Shown here in pieces: positions 61,124-64,000 of a stretch of 64,000 nucleotides of DNA. Each line of letters begins with the position of its first letter. The stretch's first letter is position 1. A program made the translations under genes and the position numbers. Under the pieces are notes generated by a model. The model was not told where the DNA came from. It was given only the letters and a program-made list of their open reading frames with translations, and ran no database searches. Source of the DNA: an uncultured Candidatus Saccharibacteria bacterium (GTDB taxonomy: Bacteria; Patescibacteriota; Dojkabacteria; J137); the NCBI GenBank assembly GCA_964607415.1, contig CAZSKK010000002.1, positions 9,991 to 73,990 of the forward strand, given 5' to 3'.

Positions 61124-61447
61124 ATGGAAGACCCAAAACAGCAATTATTAGACCCTCTTGAAATTGAGATGGAAAAAATCCAAAAAGAAATTCTAGAATT
61201 AGATTTGGCATTGGATAAGGTTAGGCATCAAGCAGAATTAGCAAAGCAAGTTAAAGATTTAATAGAAACAATAGGTGCGCCTGTATTCGACCCTACTTTT
61301 ATGGAGGCATTGAACACAAAGTTAAATGCAGAAGAAATTACTATCGAGCTTTACAACGCAACAATTGAGTTAATAAGCGATGCAGTTAAAACTATAGAAA
61401 ACCTAGCTGTAAATCTGATTACGCCTAAATCGAATTTTGAAGGATAA
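61124..61447 (+). CDS. hypothetical coiled-coil protein
   Basis: 107-aa ORF after a TGCTATAAT extended -10. Confidence 0.6.
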   Translation: MEDPKQQLLDPLEIEMEKIQKEILELDLALDKVRHQAELAKQVKDLIETIGAPVFDPTFMEALNTKLNAEEITIELYNATIELISDAVKTIENLAVNLITPKSNFEG

Positions 61448-61538
61448 AAAATTTACAGCTTAATTTCTTGCATTAAATTTCTGACATACTCCTCTTCTAT
61501 CAGCAGTAACCCTAAAATTATTTTTATATTTTTCTGCA

Positions 61539-61766
61539 ATGGAGTATGAAACAAAAGTTATTCTATACAAAAGTATTTCTTCTATGAATAATGGAATAGC
61601 CAATATGCAAGCTTCTGGTTGGGAAGTTCTAGAAACCGAGACTCTTTCTGGTAATTATGGTTGTGCCAAGACAGCATGCTTTGGCTGCTTATTTTTACCT
61701 CTAGCACTTCTAGGAAAAAAATCTGATCAATTCAAAGTTGTATATAAAAGAAAGAAAAGCCTTTAA
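61539..61766 (+). CDS. small hypothetical protein with Cys-rich hydrophobic segment
   Basis: GWEV...GCAKTACFGCLFLPLALLGKK...VVYKR. Confidence 0.6.
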   Translation: MEYETKVILYKSISSMNNGIANMQASGWEVLETETLSGNYGCAKTACFGCLFLPLALLGKKSDQFKVVYKRKKSL

Positions 61767-61859
61767 CACTAATATCAAACTTAGTGAGTTGGTCAAGGAA
61801 TTGTAAGTTTAAGAGTTAACGTGTTTTCGGGTTAGAGAATTAACGGCTTAATAATAAGA

Positions 61860-62213
61860 TTAAAGCTCTTCTGCAATCCTATTCAGTACTTTATCAATAT
61901 CCAAGAAAACCTCTTCATTTGTAAATCTGATTATTTTTATATAGAAACTTTCAATATGTACAGTTCTTACTCTGTCGTAATCTGATATTTCAGGTAATAA
62001 ATGGTGTGAACCGTCAATTTCAATACCTAGTCTGCTACCAGGGCAATAAAAATCCAAAATATATTTGCCAATGGAATACTGCCTTAGAAATCTTACGCCA
62101 TACAGCCTACGCTTTCTAAGATTTTTCCACATCAAAGCCTCGTAGTCTGTAGGCGACTTTCTTAGTTCTCTTCTGTAGTATTTTAAATTTTCAGTGTTGT
62201 ATAACTTAGTCAT
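61860..62213 (-). CDS. DUF559 / very-short-patch-repair-like endonuclease
   Basis: RRELRKSPTDYE.LMW..LR, FLRQ..IGKYILDFYC, IEIDGSHH, IIRFTNEEV; ATG at 62213. Confidence 0.9.
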   Translation of the reverse strand: MTKLYNTENLKYYRRELRKSPTDYEALMWKNLRKRRLYGVRFLRQYSIGKYILDFYCPGSRLGIEIDGSHHLLPEISDYDRVRTVHIESFYIKIIRFTNEEVFLDIDKVLNRIAEEL

Positions 62214-62245
62214 AATTGGAATAACCCCACCGGCTCTCCGAGCCA

Positions 62246-62331
62246 CCCGAAAATGCACATTGTGCATTTGAGTGCAGCTTACTAGAGGGCCTCATTAGCT
62301 CCACTCGACAGCATAATATGCTGTCTCAGGG
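62246..62331 (-). repeat. four-way-junction dispersed element, copy 3
   Basis: Homologous to copies 1 and 2 with an extended middle arm; nested in ATAACCCC...GGGGTTAT palindrome (62221-62353). Confidence 0.8.
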
Positions 62332-62442
62332 GAGGAATCAAAGGAGGGGTTATTAAGTGTACCGAATAGTATAAAGTTCCGCATTGTACCGCAGCACAAA
62401 TTTCATCTGATATAATTTGTAATTACTCTTTAAAACTACCCT

Positions 62443-63243
62443 ATGTCTGAAATAAAAATAATCTCCTGGAACGTAAATGGAATTAGAGCAGCTTTAAAGA
62501 AAGGCTTTGTTGATTATGTTAAACAAGAAAATCCAGATATAATCTGCCTTCAAGAAACTAAAGCAATGCAAGGACAAGCCGAAATTGACTTACCTGATTA
62601 CATTGAATATTGGAACTCTGCCGAAAGAAAAGGCTATTCAGGAACTGCAATTTTCAGTAAAACTCCTGCTATTAAGGTTTTTAACAATATTACTGCAAAT
62701 GGAAAATTAATTGAAATTGCAGATAAATACGGTAACGCAAACAATGAAGGACGTGTAATTGCAACTGAATTTGAAAAATTTTTTGTAGTTAGTGTTTACA
62801 CGCCAAACTCAAAAGGAGATTTAACAAGGTTAGAATTTAGACATAAAAATTGGGATCCAACTTTTTTAAATTATATTAAAGAACTTGAAAAACAAAAGCC
62901 AGTAATATTTTGTGGAGATTTAAATGTTGCACATACGGAAATTGATCTTGCTAGACCAAAAACAAACGAATTTAGCCATGGTTTTACCAAAGAAGAAAGA
63001 CAAGGTTTTGATAATATTATAAATGCAGGATTTATAGATACTTTTAGAACTCTTCACCCTAATGAACTTAACGCATATAGCTGGTGGGCACCTTTTGGTA
63101 AAGCAAGAGAACAAAATATTGGATGGCGTATAGATTACTTTTGTGTTTCGAAATCTTTAAAAAGTAACGTAAAAGATGCGTTTATTAGACCAGAAGTAAA
63201 AGGCTCAGATCATTGTCCGGTTGGGGTTATAGTAGATTGTTGA
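62443..63243 (+). CDS. xth: exodeoxyribonuclease III
   Basis: SWNVNGIRA, LQETK, GYSGTA, GDLNVAH, GWRIDY, GSDHCP. Confidence 0.97.
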   Translation: MSEIKIISWNVNGIRAALKKGFVDYVKQENPDIICLQETKAMQGQAEIDLPDYIEYWNSAERKGYSGTAIFSKTPAIKVFNNITANGKLIEIADKYGNANNEGRVIATEFEKFFVVSVYTPNSKGDLTRLEFRHKNWDPTFLNYIKELEKQKPVIFCGDLNVAHTEIDLARPKTNEFSHGFTKEERQGFDNIINAGFIDTFRTLHPNELNAYSWWAPFGKAREQNIGWRIDYFCVSKSLKSNVKDAFIRPEVKGSDHCPVGVIVDC

Positions 63244-63279
63244 TTTGTTTAATGTTAATTTGTCTATCGAATTAACAAA

Positions 63280-64000
63280 TTAACTACTCACTAACTGCTT
63301 TTTAGCAATTCTCTTTATATCCTTAACCTTTGGATAATCTGGGTGCGCCCAAAAGAAGCCGAACTTACCAGATTTTAGAAGATAATCTTTTCCATCCTCA
63401 GTTTTGGGAGGTTCACCAAATGTTGCTCTTAATTTTTCCGGCTTCATGACAAGTGGCTTGGCATCTTTAACTTTTGGGTAATCAGGGTGTGCCCAAAATT
63501 TGCCAAATTTACCAGCTTTCAGAACATAATCTTTGCCATCTTCTGTTTTTGGAGGGTCTTCATAGTCATTTTTAAATTCAACTGATTGTGCTTCTTTTTC
63601 GATATCCTCTTTGCTTTGAAGATCAATTGATAACATTCCCTTACAATCAGGAAACCTGGAACAACTGTAAAATCTTCCATACCTGCCTAATTTAATAACC
63701 ATTTTTGATCCACACTCCGGACATTTAACGCTATCTGGAGCATCTCCTAGCACTGTAAATTCATCTCTTGGAATATCTTTTTCCTTCTCTTTTATTGTTT
63801 TTTCAAAAGGAAAATAAAAATCAGATAGCATTGCCACCCAATCTAATTTTCCGTCAGCAATCTTATCCAGTTCATCTTCCATTTCTGCTGTAAATGCATA
63901 ATCTACAATATTAAAGAAGTATTTTGTTAACAATTTGTTAACAACTCTTCCAGTATCTGTTGGTTTTAAATATCTACCTTCTTTTTCGACATATTTTCTG
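63280..64000 (-). CDS. topA: DNA topoisomerase I, C-terminal part (5' truncated by window)
   Basis: PTDTG, IVDYAFTAEMEDELDKIA, zinc ribbon CPECGS...GRYGRFYSCSRFPDC. Confidence 0.93.
   Translation of the reverse strand, partial: RKYVEKEGRYLKPTDTGRVVNKLLTKYFFNIVDYAFTAEMEDELDKIADGKLDWVAMLSDFYFPFEKTIKEKEKDIPRDEFTVLGDAPDSVKCPECGSKMVIKLGRYGRFYSCSRFPDCKGMLSIDLQSKEDIEKEAQSVEFKNDYEDPPKTEDGKDYVLKAGKFGKFWAHPDYPKVKDAKPLVMKPEKLRATFGEPPKTEDGKDYLLKSGKFGFFWAHPDYPKVKDIKRIAKKQLVSS

Overview
AT-rich, gene-dense chromosomal segment of a reduced-genome bacterium using genetic code 11. It is most likely Patescibacteria/CPR, possibly Dojkabacteria/Microgenomates-like (inference). Supporting signs: a type IV pilus cluster without a secretin, rpsB-tsf-frr-rseP lacking pyrH/uppS/cdsA, and AT-rich starts without Shine-Dalgarno sites. 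Content is mostly housekeeping: murA/murB, mutL, clpP, a thrS-like gene with infC-rpmI-rplT, a class A PBP, recG, uppP, rnc, a 13-gene type IV pilus locus, gyrBA, ruvCAB-yebC, dnaB, prfA, rpsF-ssb-rpsR, dnaX-ybaB-recR, rpsB-tsf-frr, xth, topA and three tRNAs. Most notable observations: (1) the gene at the canonical thrS position keeps an intact editing site but has lost the aminoacylation motifs, so it is a candidate trans-editing pseudo-synthetase; (2) a ~75-90 nt four-way-junction element with strand-specific G-U covariation occurs three times, each just upstream of a minus-strand start codon (pilC, rpsR, DUF559); (3) a duplicated tRNA-Leu 5' end carries an 83-nt structured insertion in its D-loop; (4) intergenic regions hold many 7/8-mer inverted microrepeats and nested palindromes. 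All calls come from reading the sequence by eye; no searches were run.
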